This document shows, in pieces, positions 12,394-23,999 of a stretch of 64,000 nucleotides of DNA (positions are counted from its first letter, which is position 1; every line of letters begins with the position of its first letter). The translations under genes were made by a program, and so were the position numbers. The stretch is taken from assembly GCF_963921235.1 (NCBI RefSeq), contig NC_086109.1:16742001-16806000 (forward strand). The letters run 5' to 3'. The notes below the pieces were generated by a model. It was not told the origin of the DNA. It did not search any database and saw only the letters and a program-made list of their open reading frames with translations. Source of the DNA: Mobula hypostoma (lineage: Eukaryota).

Positions 12394-13099
12394 ACATTCT
12401 TCTCCCTAATCTAGCCATCTATCCCTGTCTTAAATAGAGACAAACTCCAACTGTTGTCGGAAAATTATCATCTTGGTAAAGGTTGCTGTCGGAATCAGAA
12501 TCAGGTTTAATATCACTGGCATATGTCGTGAAATTTGTTGTCTTTGCAGCAGCAGTATAATGCAATACATAATAATAAAAACTATGAATTATATTTATAT
12601 TTTATATAAATATAAGATAGTTACTTTAAATAAGCAGTGCAAAGAAAAGTAATGAGGTGGTGTTCTTGGGTTCAAGGTCCATTCAGAAATCTGACGTCAG
12701 AGGGGAAGAAGCTGTTCCTGAATCGTAGTGTGTGAGCCTTTAGGCTCCTGTACCTTGACGGTAGCAATGAGAAGCGGATCAACAACCAGCAATGCCCTGG
12801 TTTTTTCAATGAAAGGAGTTGCCCATGATAAAACTTTACAGACTGATCCAGTCCAAGCTGCACTGAAGCTTGGTGTTGGCGAGGCAAAGTTAAAGTGCCT
12901 GATGCCTTGGACACTGAGAGGCCAGGATCCATGTGAACATCTTCGGACAGGTCAAGGAAATTAAGTAAAAGAAAAAACTGATATCATCCAGACTTATGAG
13001 GTTAATTGGATGGACAAAAACACAGCAAATCTGAGAAAATGAAAAACAGGCCCTCCCTGGGAATCAAACAGGTCCTGTTTACATGTAAATTTGGTCCAT

Positions 13100-13605
13100 A
13101 AATTTGTCAATAAAATTGAGAGAGTACAGAGGAGGTTTACTAAAATGTTGCCTGGGTTTCATCTCCTAAGTTACAGAGAAAGGTTGAACAAGTTAGGTCT
13201 TTATTCTTTGGAGCGTAGAAGGTTGAGGGGGCACTTGATAGAGGTGTTTAATATTATGAGGGGGGATTGATAGAGTTGACGTGGATAGGCTTTTTCCATT
13301 GAGATTGGGGGAGATTCAAACAAGAGGACATGAGTTGAGAGTTAAAGGGCAAAAGTTTAGGGGTAACATGAGGGGGAACTTCTTTACTCAGAGAATGGTA
13401 GCTGTGTGGAACGAGCTTCCAACAGAAGTGGTTGAGGCAGGTTCGATGTTGTCATTTAAAGTTAAATTGGATAGATATACGGACAGGAAAGGAATGGAGG
13501 GTTATGGGCTGAGTGCAGCTTGGTGGGACTAGGTGAGAGTAAGAGTTTGGCATGGACTAGAAGGGCCGAGATGGCCTGTTTCCGTGCTGTAATTGTTATA
13601 TGGTT
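13100..13605 (+). mobile_element. 5'-truncated CR1 LINE
   Basis: RLFP..TRGH..FFTQRMVAVWNELP..FKVKLDRY; CR1 3' UTR. Confidence 0.9.
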
Positions 13606-14041
13606 ATAAGTAGAAATATACAAAAATCACCCAGTATGGTGGCCATGCCTCCACTAAGGAGTAGCAGCATAAGTATATAAGATCGATAAGCAAGAACATT
13701 TACTAGAAGTGTAATAAGGGTGGAAAGGTCACGTAGTGGTTCAAGCGTCACGTTACAGCGCCAGCAATTAGTGATTGTGATGCAATTCCCGCCGCTGCCT
13801 GTGAGGGGTTGGTAGGTTCTCCCCGTGACCACGTGGGTTTCCTCTCGGTGCTCTGGTTACTTCCCAAATCCAAAGGCCTACAGAAAGTTTTGGTGAGTTG
13901 TGGGCATGTGGTGTTGATGCCGGAAGTGTGGCCACACTTCGGGCTGCCCGATGCGCTTCTCACCGATTAGATTTGAATCAGAATCAGAGCCAGGTTTAAT
14001 ATCACTCGCATATGTTGTGAAATTTGTTAACTTTTTGAGCA

Positions 14042-14317
14042 TGCAAGACCATGGATCTGTGTCTGTAGAGTCTTCACTGGGCAAGGTTGTACAGAAGACC
14101 AGCAGTTGCCCATGCTGCAATTCTCCCCTCTCCATGACACCAATGTTGTCTAGGGGAAGGGCATTAGGACCCATACAGCTTGGCACCAGTGTCGTCGCAG
14201 AGCAATGTGTGGTTAAGTGCCTTGCTCAAGGACACAACAGGTTGCCTCGGCTGGGGCTCGAACTCACGACCTTCAGGTTGCTAGTCCAATGCCTTAACCA
14301 CTTGGCCACGTGCCCAC
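14042..14317 (-). mobile_element. tRNA-headed SINE with RTE-like tail, 13-bp TSD
   Basis: Minus strand A box TGGCCAAGTGG, B box GTTCGAGCC; TSD aactttttgagca 14029-14041 / 14318-14330. Confidence 0.9.
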
Positions 14318-14352
14318 AACTTTTTGAGCAGTACAATGCAATACATAATAAC

Positions 14353-14565
14353 TTGGGGGGAGAGAGCGTTGACTCAGACTATGAGAGGCCTGCATTGGGC
14401 ATTTTCCTGCCTTACAAGATGCAGATTGGAAGTCTGTGTGGGGCGCCACTCCTCGCACAGACTAGAGCAATGTGTGGTTAAGTGCCTTGCTCAAGGGCAC
14501 AAACACGCTGCCACAACTGAGGCTCGAACTAGCGACGTACGCCTTAACCACTTGGCCACGTGCCC
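14353..14565 (-). mobile_element. SINE with the same head and core as 14042-14317 but a different tail
   Basis: Shared gggcacgtggccaagtggttaagg head and cttgagcaaggcacttaaccacacattgctc core; unrelated 3' portion. Confidence 0.8.
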
Positions 14566-16279
14566 AAAACAACAGAGGAAAACTCCGAATTACAGTAAAT
14601 ATATAGATATAGATATATATAAAATTAAGTAGGGCAAAAAATAGAAATAAAAGAAATAGTGAGGTCATGGGTTCACTGTCCATTCAGAAATCAGACGGCA
14701 GAGGGGAAGAAGCTGTTCTTGAATCACTGAGTGTGCCTTCAGGCTCCTGCACCTCCTTCCTGATAGTAAGAATGAGAAGTGGGCATATCCTGGGTGATAG
14801 GGGTCCTTAAAGATGGATGCGGCCTTTCTGAGGCATCGCTCCTTGAAGGGGTCCTGGATACTACAGAGGCTAGTGCCAATGACAGAGCTGACACAAAAAA
14901 GTTATTTCAATGTCTGTTTTGGTGAACATGTATTAAGTAAAGCTAATCTTCTCTGCTTCCATTAATTGAGTGTAGAGAGAGAGCAAGAGTGGGGATACTA
15001 GTTCTGCTGCTTGTAGGAATCTGCACTTACGTCGGACTTATGAATTTAATAATATTATGGGAGCTCATTTGTAGTGTCGTACATAAAATTGTAACCCAGA
15101 GAAAGCCTGTGCAGTATTATCCAAATGGTGAGGGATTGCAGGGCTTTGAGATACAGATAGATAAGGTGATATTAGTTCATGATTTGTGAAAGACTAGCAT
15201 CTGGCTTTAACAAATAATTAAAAAGCTTTACAGAATTATTTTGTTTGTGGTTGAGAGACTGAATCTAAAATAGAATGTGTTAGGGTTCAGTTATAAAAGG
15301 CTATATTTAAGGAAAGAAGCTAATGGAGTGGAAGCAGTTCAGAGAAGGTTTGGCAGACTGATACCGGGAACGGACCAGTTACATTAAAGGAAAGGTTGTA
15401 CAGGCAATCTAGAATGCACTGGAGTGCAGATGAATGAGAGGCGACTTGATTGAAAGATAAATGATTCTGAGTGGTCTTGATGGAGTGAATGTGAAGAGGA
15501 TATTTCCTCTTGGGAAGGAATCCAGGACTAGGGATCTCTGTTTATAAATAAGAGGGCACTGATTTAAAGAGCTACAAAGCATCTCCTTTTCTCAGAGTCA
15601 GGAGCCATTGGAATTCCTATCCAGAAAGGACAGTGGAGACAAAGTCTTTGCATACTTTAGAGGCAGAGATAGGTGGATACTTTAGGGACAAGGGGGTGTG
15701 AGGTCACAATAGGTACAATTGAAAGTAGAGCTGAGCTTACATTACTGTGAGTGTTAACAAGTGAGTATACCACATGTTATAATCTGTAATGCAAGTTTTA
15801 TCAATAATGTTTAATATTTCAAAAATGACGTTTGGGATGACAGAAAACAGCCAGTCTTGTCACAGACATTCACATTCTGTGAATAAAAATATTAATATCT
15901 CCTTTTGAAATTTAGTGTCAAATTTTATTTGATGTTGTACCGTAAAGTGCTTTTGAACATTTGTTTACGTTGTTTGAAGCCAAGGTGGTGTTGCTGACTG
16001 ACAAGGTAGCTTTGAGTGTGAATGAAAAGATATTGTTTGTCCCACTCCCATCAGGGAGGAGGGTATGTAGCAAGCACCCGAAGACCACCAGACTCAAAAA
16101 CAGCTACTTTCCCCAAGCAGTAACCAGACCCACACCTCCATCCATTAACCCACCCCTCCACATCACCCCCACCACTACATTATTATCTCCCGTCAGTCTC
16201 CTTATGTACAGATACTCTTGTACCTAGAACCACTTTATGTACAGTACATACAATCAATCTATGTATATAACCTATCTTA

Positions 16280-16470
16280 GCAGGTCAGGCAGTGTCCATG
16301 GAAGTTAACAAGCAGACAATGTTTTGGACCGAGACCCTTCATCGGGACTAGTGAAGAGTCTCGGCCCATAATGTTGACTGGTTATTTATTTTCATAGATG
16401 CTGCCTGGCATGATGAGCTCCTCCAGCATTTTGTGTGTGTTGCTCTGAATTTCCAGCATCTGCCGAGTCT
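16280..16470 (+). mobile_element. Penelope-derived fold-back element (degenerate)
   Basis: Inverted arms around ccgagacccttcatc / gtgaagagtctcggccc. Confidence 0.7.
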
Positions 16471-17399
16471 GTCTTACACCATGTACACTCTCTTATATAT
16501 TTATATTTATTATATATTTTTATTATTGTGCTCTTTATCTTACTGTTTGTTTTTTGGCTGCATTGGATCTGAAGTAACAATTATTTCATTCTCCTTTACA
16601 CTTGTGTACCGGAAATGACATCAGACAATCTTGAATCTTGAATTAAAACTCTATTTGGGGAAATTTTTTAAAAAAGTGGTGTTCTTACTAAATGTCAAGT
16701 TCAGCTTGAAACTTCATTGATACATGGGAAACTCCAGAAAGAGATTAAATCTGTTTGAATTTTAATGTTAATTATTAGAATTCTCATATGAGTAAGAAAA
16801 TCAGATGGAAACAACAAAGTGTTCGCTTCAAAGTTCATGAAAAGGATTAGCTCTGTCCTTTGAATTATGTTTTTATTACCTCACCCATTTGATTTTTGAC
16901 TGTAAATCTGAAAACATTACACGGCTTGTTTGCCTGGTTCATCTGTTATACAAAGAAAAATATCTTAAGGCTTGAAATTTGGAATAAGATCTGAAGGCGC
17001 AAAACTCTTTGTAGATGGAAGGAACCCTGTGTCGTAGCAGATCTGCTCAGTCTGCTTATTTTTTGGCAGGGTTTGCTCTCCTGGGCATGTGTCTCGAATG
17101 CCAAGACAAATAGCCCATTACATCAGTAAAAGAGGCTCTTCAGCCCAGCAAGTTTATGCTAATACTGTCATAAAAGAATCCAGTTTAACACGCACAAAAT
17201 GCTGGAGGAACTCAGCAATCTGTGGAAATGAATGAACAGTTGACATTTCAGGCTGAGACCCTTCTTCAGGGCTGGAAAGGAAAAGGGAAGACTCCAGTTC
17301 ATCCCATTTTTAGCATCTTCTCAAAATCTCTGGAGTTTTAACTTGTCTTCAAAAGAACTATTGAACCCAGTGTATTCCACACACTAAAACCTAGAGGCA

Positions 17400-17696
17400 A
17401 AAACATAAAATGCTAGAGGAACTCAGCAGATCAGGCAGCACCTATGGAAATGAATAATCAGCCACTGTTTCATGCCGAGACGTTTCATCAGGACTTCCTC
17501 TATCTCCTACTAGCTCGTACGCCTTCTCCTCCCATCACATTCTTATTCTGGCCTCTTCCCCCTTCCTTTCCAGTCCTGATGAAGGGTCTCAGCTTGAAAA
17601 GTCAACTGTTTATTCATTTCCATAGGTGCTGCGTGACCTGCTGAGTTCCTCCAGCATTTTGTGTGCGATACTCTGGATTTACAGAATCTCATGTTT
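17400..17696 (+). mobile_element. Penelope-derived element with inverted 5' arm
   Basis: cagtc-ctgatga-agggtctcagctt-gaaaagtc at 17571-17603; arms 17400-17495 vs 17572-17665. Confidence 0.75.
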
Positions 17697-18320
17697 ATGA
17701 TCCCAAAATCTAGAGGTCTGCATAAAAACATTTCAGTTAGTGTATGCACTTGTTTATTTGTTGGACATCTTAATTTTTGCCTTCTGCTTCGGAATTCTTT
17801 TTCTAATTGAAAACATTTTACCAAATTTATTTTATGTAAACTTTTCATGATTTTAATCATCTCAGTCAAAGCTCCACTTAAAGATTGTGTCTCCAATGAA
17901 AGTAGGTGTCACTTGTCCGTGTAACTGTCATTCTTCAACCAGCTGTGAGACCTTGAAATCCCTTTGAACATTGGTGTTCAGAGCTACAGTGAAGGATCCT
18001 GCACTTGCAAAAGGACGTTCTCTATGCATGGGTTCGATAGCTGATGAAAATGCCATTTACTGCCCTTTCCTAACAGGCTGCTTCAAATGTATCTACACTA
18101 GGTCTGGATTTAAATAATTGTCAGATTGAATAAGAATGGCAGGCTACCTTTCCTGGAAGAAATAACTAAACCACATAAATTTCATGATATCCTGATAGTT
18201 TTGTGCCCACTTTTACTAAAAACAAATCCGTCTACAAAATGTATTTATTTAAATAATGTCTGCAGCCTTTTAATTAAATAATGTCCGCAGCCTTCACAGG
18301 GTTCATTATTGGCCCATCAG

Positions 18321-18728
18321 TGTTACAGTGGTCGCCGGCAGGACTGAACCCAGGTGCAGAGAAATGACAAAGTCTGTCATGGTGAGCGCTGGCAATATTA
18401 AACCCAGGTGCGGAGGAGTGGCAGATACCCACATAGAGACAGAAACACAAGGTTAGCTACAGGAATATCTGTAGAGCATCTGAGGCACGACCAAGCGACG
18501 CTGCAAGACAAATCATTCCCCACAAACACAAGGAGTCCGCCACAGCGCTAAACAAGTGTCCACGTTAAATAATCATGGAAAGCAGAAATCTCGTGTCAGT
18601 TAAATTGCTAAGATTGAACAGAAGGCAGAAAAGCATAACAACTCTATTTAACACCACAATTACTAAATACAGGTGCTCGAAAAACCTAGAAGCCCAATGC
18701 TCTCCGGCACACCGCAGAGCTCATGACA
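18321..18728. mobile_element. Probable solo LTR (Gypsy-like), 408 bp
   Basis: TGTTAC...ATGACA termini; flanks catcag / catcaa; internal duplication of the first about 54 bp. Confidence 0.6.
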
Positions 18729-19619
18729 CATCAATGTACCTACCGTGCAGCCACATTACATGATCTGAGTTAACATGGCAAGAGTCAGAACCTCCATTTC
18801 AGTACTTGGAGTTTCCGATGGACATGACAATATTAGCAAGTGGGGTGTATGCGCTCATGTTCTAATGCAGTTGCCCACAACATCCATACTGGTATGAAAG
18901 GATTTCTCGCTCTGTTGAAAGCCCACTATAAAGTTAGTGCCAGACTCCTCCATGCTCCTTAATGGGCACAAAGGATCCCTGGTGAGTCTGCTAATATACA
19001 AAGGATTTCAGTGGAAGCTAGCCTCCTTCCACAAGCTGGTATCTTTCTTTGAGTCTTCCATTTCAAAGCTCGTGTGAAAACTTAGCTCGCTATCAATACG
19101 CAGAGTTCTGTAGAAACTCAGTGGGTCAGATAAATGTCAACTATTCACTTCCCTCCACAGATGCTGCCTGACCCACTGAGTTCCTCCGACATCATTGTGT
19201 GTTCCTCCACATTCTGCCGTCTACAGTCTCTTGTGTCTCACCCTCAATTGATCTAGTGCCTGCTGCATACTTCGTGGCCACTCTAACTGCTGGCATTTCT
19301 TGCCGATTGGTTGACTGCATGCAGAAACAGGTTCCGCAAGGCCTTCTAAATTGCTTGTGGGGTATGCGGAGTTAAATCTCGTTGATTGTCTGTCTTCTTC
19401 TTCACCGTCTGATCAAGTTTAGTGCTCTGCCACCTGAGGGGAACATTACACAAGAGTAACGGAGTGGGGGAGGATCAAGATGTGATATGTGGATTCTTAC
19501 ACCAACCACAGATTCTCTAGCTGGAAAGATTGTGGAATGAGCTGGGAAATGGGATGTGAAGATCTGGAATGAGAATACCAGCCACGACCCTGGCCATGGT
19601 CATCTATGCCGTGGCAAAC

Positions 19620-19983
19620 TCTATTTTAATTCCACACTCTGACCCCCATCTTGCCTCTTCTCTTCTCCTCACCAGCCTGTCACCTCCCCATGGTGCCCCT
19701 CCACCTTCCCTTTCTCCCATGGTCAGCTGTCCTCTCCTATCAGATTTCTTCTTCTGCAGTCCTTTACCTTTTCCACCTATCACCTCTCAGCTTCTTTCTT
19801 CATCTCCACCCACCTGGCTTCACCTATCACTTTCCAGCTTGTACACCTTCCCATCCTCCCACCATCTTATTCTGGCTTCTTCCCCACTTCCTTTCCAGTC
19901 CTGATGAAGGGTCTTGGCCCAACTGTCAGCTGTTCATTCATTTCCACAGATGCTGCCTGACATATTCAAGCATTCTGTGTGTG
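19620..19983 (+). mobile_element. Penelope-type 3' region
   Basis: Pyrimidine-rich tract homologous to 7545-7870; cagtcctgatgaagggtcttggccc. Confidence 0.7.
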
Positions 19984-20819
19984 ATGGTCAGCTATAGCTA
20001 CTTCGGTGAGGATGATGAGCTTTGTTAAATTGTGTTTATCATTATCGAGATACAGTGGAAATCTTTGCATGACATGCAAGCCACCTAGATCATTTCATCA
20101 TGCCAGTACATTGAGGTAAAAAATGAGAAAATCAATAATGAAATAAAGACTATAGTGTTACAGAGAAAGTTTATACCGTGCAGACAGACAGTAAGGTAAA
20201 AGGCCTTGATGAGATAGACGATGAGGTCAAGGAATCCATCGTCTCATACAAGGTCTGTTCAGTAGTCTTACTATAGAAGCTGTCCTTGAACCTGGAGATA
20301 CATGCTTTCAGGCTTTTGTATCTTCTGCCCAATGGGAGAAGGCAGAAGAGATAATGACCAAGGTTAGACGGTTTGTTGATTAAGTTAGTTGCTTTACCTC
20401 ATGACTAAGTTCATGTAGGTGCCCATGTCCCTGACAGCTCATATCTTCTCCAGCCATGTAATGTGCAGTGCAGTAGAGATGGCAGTGTATGCAAGCTGGG
20501 ATGTTAGAAGGAGTGCTGAGTGTATGGGGGGGGGGGGGCGGAGGAAAATCTAGGAATATTTCTAAATACTGTAGTAGGTGGGTGACAGGCAGGTGGCAAA
20601 CTGAGCATTAGAGTGATGGAGGTATAGAGTCAGGCTGTGTAGAAACAGGTCCTTCAGCCCATAGCTCTGTGCTCACCTGTAAGCACCCATTGCCAACAAT
20701 CCTACATTAATCCCATTATTTGTTTTACTTTCCCCAAATTCCCATCAACTCCCCCAAATTCTACTATTCAGCAACACATCAGGATAATTTACAGAGGCTA
20801 ATTAACCTTCACATCACAG

Positions 20820-21115
20820 AGTCATAGTGCACTGCAGCACAGAGACGTCCTTTAGCCCATCTAGTCCATACTAAACTGTTAGAGCCATAGTCATAGAAAA
20901 CTACAGCACAGAAACAGGCCCTTCAGCCCATCTAGTCCCGTCTAAACTGTTAGAGTCATAGAATAGCACAGTAACAGGCCCTTTTGCCCATTGAGTCCAT
21001 GCTGAACTATTTAACCTGCCTAGTCCTATTGACCTGCACCTCCACAGCCCTCCCATCCATGTACCTAGCCAGACTTCTCTTAAATTTTGCAATCGAACCT
21101 GCATCCACCATTTCC
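20820..21115 (-). repeat. Three tandem copies of a CR1-type 3' terminus
   Basis: gtcatag..agcacag..ccc.tt.agcccat.tagtcc..aaactgttagag repeated with a period of about 65-70 bp. Confidence 0.75.
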
Positions 21116-21197
21116 ACTGTGAATGTAAAAGTCAAACAAAAAATGCAAGTGCTAGAACTGTAAGATAAGGACAGAAAATGATATAAATACTCAGCAA

Positions 21198-21440
21198 ACA
21201 ACAACAGGAATTCTGCAGATGCTGGAAATTCAAGCAACACACATAAAAGTTGCTGGTGAACGCAGCAGGCCAAGCAGCATCTCTAGGAAGAGGTGCAGTC
21301 GACGTTTCAGGCCGAGACCCTTCGACTGATTCTGTTTGGATGAAGGGTCCTGACGAAGGGACTCGGCCTGAAACGTCGACTGCACCTCTTCCTAGAGATG
21401 CTGCCTGGCCTGCTGCGTTCACCAGCAATTTTTATGTGTG
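21198..21440. mobile_element. Young Penelope-derived fold-back element with 14-bp TSD
   Basis: 87-bp arms 21238-21324 / 21354-21440 with 3 mismatches; TSD taaatactcagcaa 21184-21197 / 21441-21454. Confidence 0.9.
21346..21382 (+). ncRNA. Minimal type I hammerhead ribozyme motif (predicted)
   Basis: ggtc-CTGACGA-agg(gactcgg)cct-GAAAC-GTC-gact: core boxes, 3-bp stem II, 4-bp stem I, palindromic acgt in place of stem III. Confidence 0.6.
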
Positions 21441-21626
21441 TAAATACTCAGCAAGTCAGGCCACATCGGTGGAAGGAGTAAATGCTTCAGGGTGAAGAAC
21501 TGACTAATGAAGGGTTTTCGACCTGTAATGTTGATTCTCTTTCTCTTCCCACCATGAGACTTGACATGTAGTTCCAGCACTTTAAAGATAAGGATCTTTT
21601 AAAGATTAACACATGTGGGAAGTGGG

Positions 21627-22263
21627 AAGTGGCGAGAGGAGAAGATGGCGACGTGACGCAGTGCACGCAGCTCTCCGGTGAAATGATATTGTATTTGTAA
21701 GTTGGATGCCGTGCACAATTCTGATTTGATGGAGACAGACGTGAGAAGCAGAGGAACATCTGGAGAAAACTTCTGAAATGCCCGGTTCGCTGTTGTTGCT
21801 ACTGTGCGATCGAGAATCTCCGGAGAGAAGGCCCCAAAATCCCTGGCTTTGCCTGCTGCTGGCGACCGAGGCTGGGGTCGAAGCGTTCAGCAGAGATGGT
21901 GCTCGGTACTCGGTGTCGGAGGGCTGATCGGAGGCTCGAAGTTTTCGGACGACTCAGAGTCGGACTGTGGTCGGGCATGGCAGGGAGAGTTTTCTTCCTT
22001 CTCCCGTCTGCGTGAGATGTGGGACTTTCAAGAGACTTTGAACTTTTTTACTGTAACCATGGCCTGTTCTTCATCAAGTTACAGTATTGTTGCACTGTTG
22101 TAACTATATGTTATAATTATGTGGCTTTTGTTAGTTTTTTTCAGTCTTGGTCTATCCTGTGTTTCTGTGATATCACACCGGAGGAATATTGCATCATTTC
22201 TTAATGCATGCATTACTAAATGACAATGAAAGAGAACTGCGTGTCCTCATAATCTAATCTAAT
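21627..22263 (+). mobile_element. Non-autonomous retroelement, copy 2
   Basis: gaggagaagatggcg start, (taatc)n end; inserted in the tail of a SINE. Confidence 0.85.
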
Positions 22264-23565
22264 GTACATCAAAACATCAGAATGTACAGTGAGATGTGTC
22301 ATTTGCATCAAGTCAAATCATTAAGGACGTGGCCACGCTTCCAGTGCCAACATAGCATGTCCACAGCTCACTAAACCTCACCCTACGTCTTTGCAATGTG
22401 GGAGGAAACCAGAGCACCCAGAGGAAACCCACACAGTCACGGGGAGAAGGTGCCAACTCCTTACAGACTTACAATCTTACAGCTGATGTGGTAAAGTGAC
22501 GCAGTAATCGCTACGCTACTGTGCTGGCCTTCGTGTTTTTTTAATTAAGCGACTAACTCACCACGTCTAGTTGTGAGAAGAATCTGGAACGGTCAAAGGG
22601 AAGTCCACATAGTGACAGGGAGAACATGTCAGCTCCACACAGCCAACGCCCAAGGTCAGGATTAAACTTTCATCACTGTCCCACGCACTTAAAAGAAGAA
22701 TTCTGTCACCGTGACCAGACAAGTGACCCTGTAGCACATCCCTGGGACTTTACTTCTGTACCATATAATTTTTTGGGGACAATTCGACTATGTGTGTCCC
22801 TCAAATGCTATTCAGAATCAGAATCCCGTTTATTATCACTGACACGTGTTGTGAAATTTGTTGTTTTGCAGCAGTAGTACAGCATCATACATAGTATAAA
22901 TGCAAAAATGTATATACAGTAAATATAGATAAGTAGTACAAAAAGAGAGCCGAAATAATAGGGTAATATTCATGGGTTTAGTTCAGTGCATCCCTCAGCA
23001 CCTTGGATTGTATCACTCTGTAGAGTTTTATCATGGGCAGCTCCTTTCACCGCCAGACGTGGGCATTGCTGGCAGTTGACAACTACCCTTACCAGGATGA
23101 TAATTTTCCAGCAACAGTTGGCATTTGTCTCTGGGGACATCCCATAGAACACAGAGCCTTCAAACTTTTGTACAGCACAGAACGTGTCCTTCAGCCCATT
23201 TGATCCATACTGACCTTTTTATCCATATCGACACTAATTCCATTTGTCTGCATTAGGGTATCTCCTTCTATTAAATATCAGCCTAAACTCTCCTACAACA
23301 GTATGCAGCTTTCCAGATAGACTATAAGACCATAAGATCATAAGACATAGGAGCAGAATTATGCCATTCAGCCCATCAAGTGTGCTCTGCCATTCCATCA
23401 TGACTGATTTATTATCCCTCTCAACCCCATTCTCCTGCCTTCTTCCTGTAACCTTTGACACCCTTATTAATCAAGAACCTATTAACCTTTGCTTTAAATA
23501 TACCCAATGACTTGTCCTCTACAGACATCTGTAGCAATCAATTCCCCAGATTCACCACTTCTGGC

Positions 23566-23999
23566 CAATGTTCCCTCTAAGGTCTGCGCATGCACATATC
23601 TTTTGCTACTAGCACACTACAGAATTTAAACAGCCCACAAATGGTTGCCACCTTCTACCTCGTGGGTATGTTAAGTACATTTCATGATCGTACACAGTCA
23701 CATTTCCTTTTCTGGTTTCTGATGCGGACGGTGTTGACAGCATGGAGTTTGCAATGATTTGTCAGCAGATTTTCGAACTGGCTTAGTTATAGTGTTTTTA
23801 TTGAAGAAGTTATTGATTCACTATTTCTTTTAAACAATGAATAACAAACTGGACTTGGTAGTTTATTATCCATAGAATAGCTTCAGGTTTACGTCAACTT
23901 AAAAAATTCAGTGTGCACACGTTGTTGCCACTGGGCAAAAAAATTGCACAGCACAAGATTTTTGCGCCAACTGGTCATTACAAATAAGAGAGAACATTG
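23566..23999. mobile_element. hAT-type MITE inside a reverse CR1 fragment
   Basis: TIR caatgttccctct / agagagaacattg; 8-bp flanks cttctggc / tgtctggc; host CR1 (about 23320-24175) rejoins across it. Confidence 0.75.

Larger units (their letters stand above)
13975..14890 (-). mobile_element. Rex/L2-type LINE 3' fragment hosting two SINE insertions
   Basis: (gaatca)n end and gaggggaagaagctgttc block shared with 12492-12780 and 56710-57092. Confidence 0.7.

Noticed and set aside
14245..14317. tRNA genes (also about 46860-46930 and V-SINE heads)
   Set aside because: A/B boxes are fused to a SINE core and tail and flanked by TSDs; no complete cloverleaf
18249..18294. 21-bp direct repeat as a regulatory site or empty TSD
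   Set aside because: Most simply a local tandem duplication; no further support
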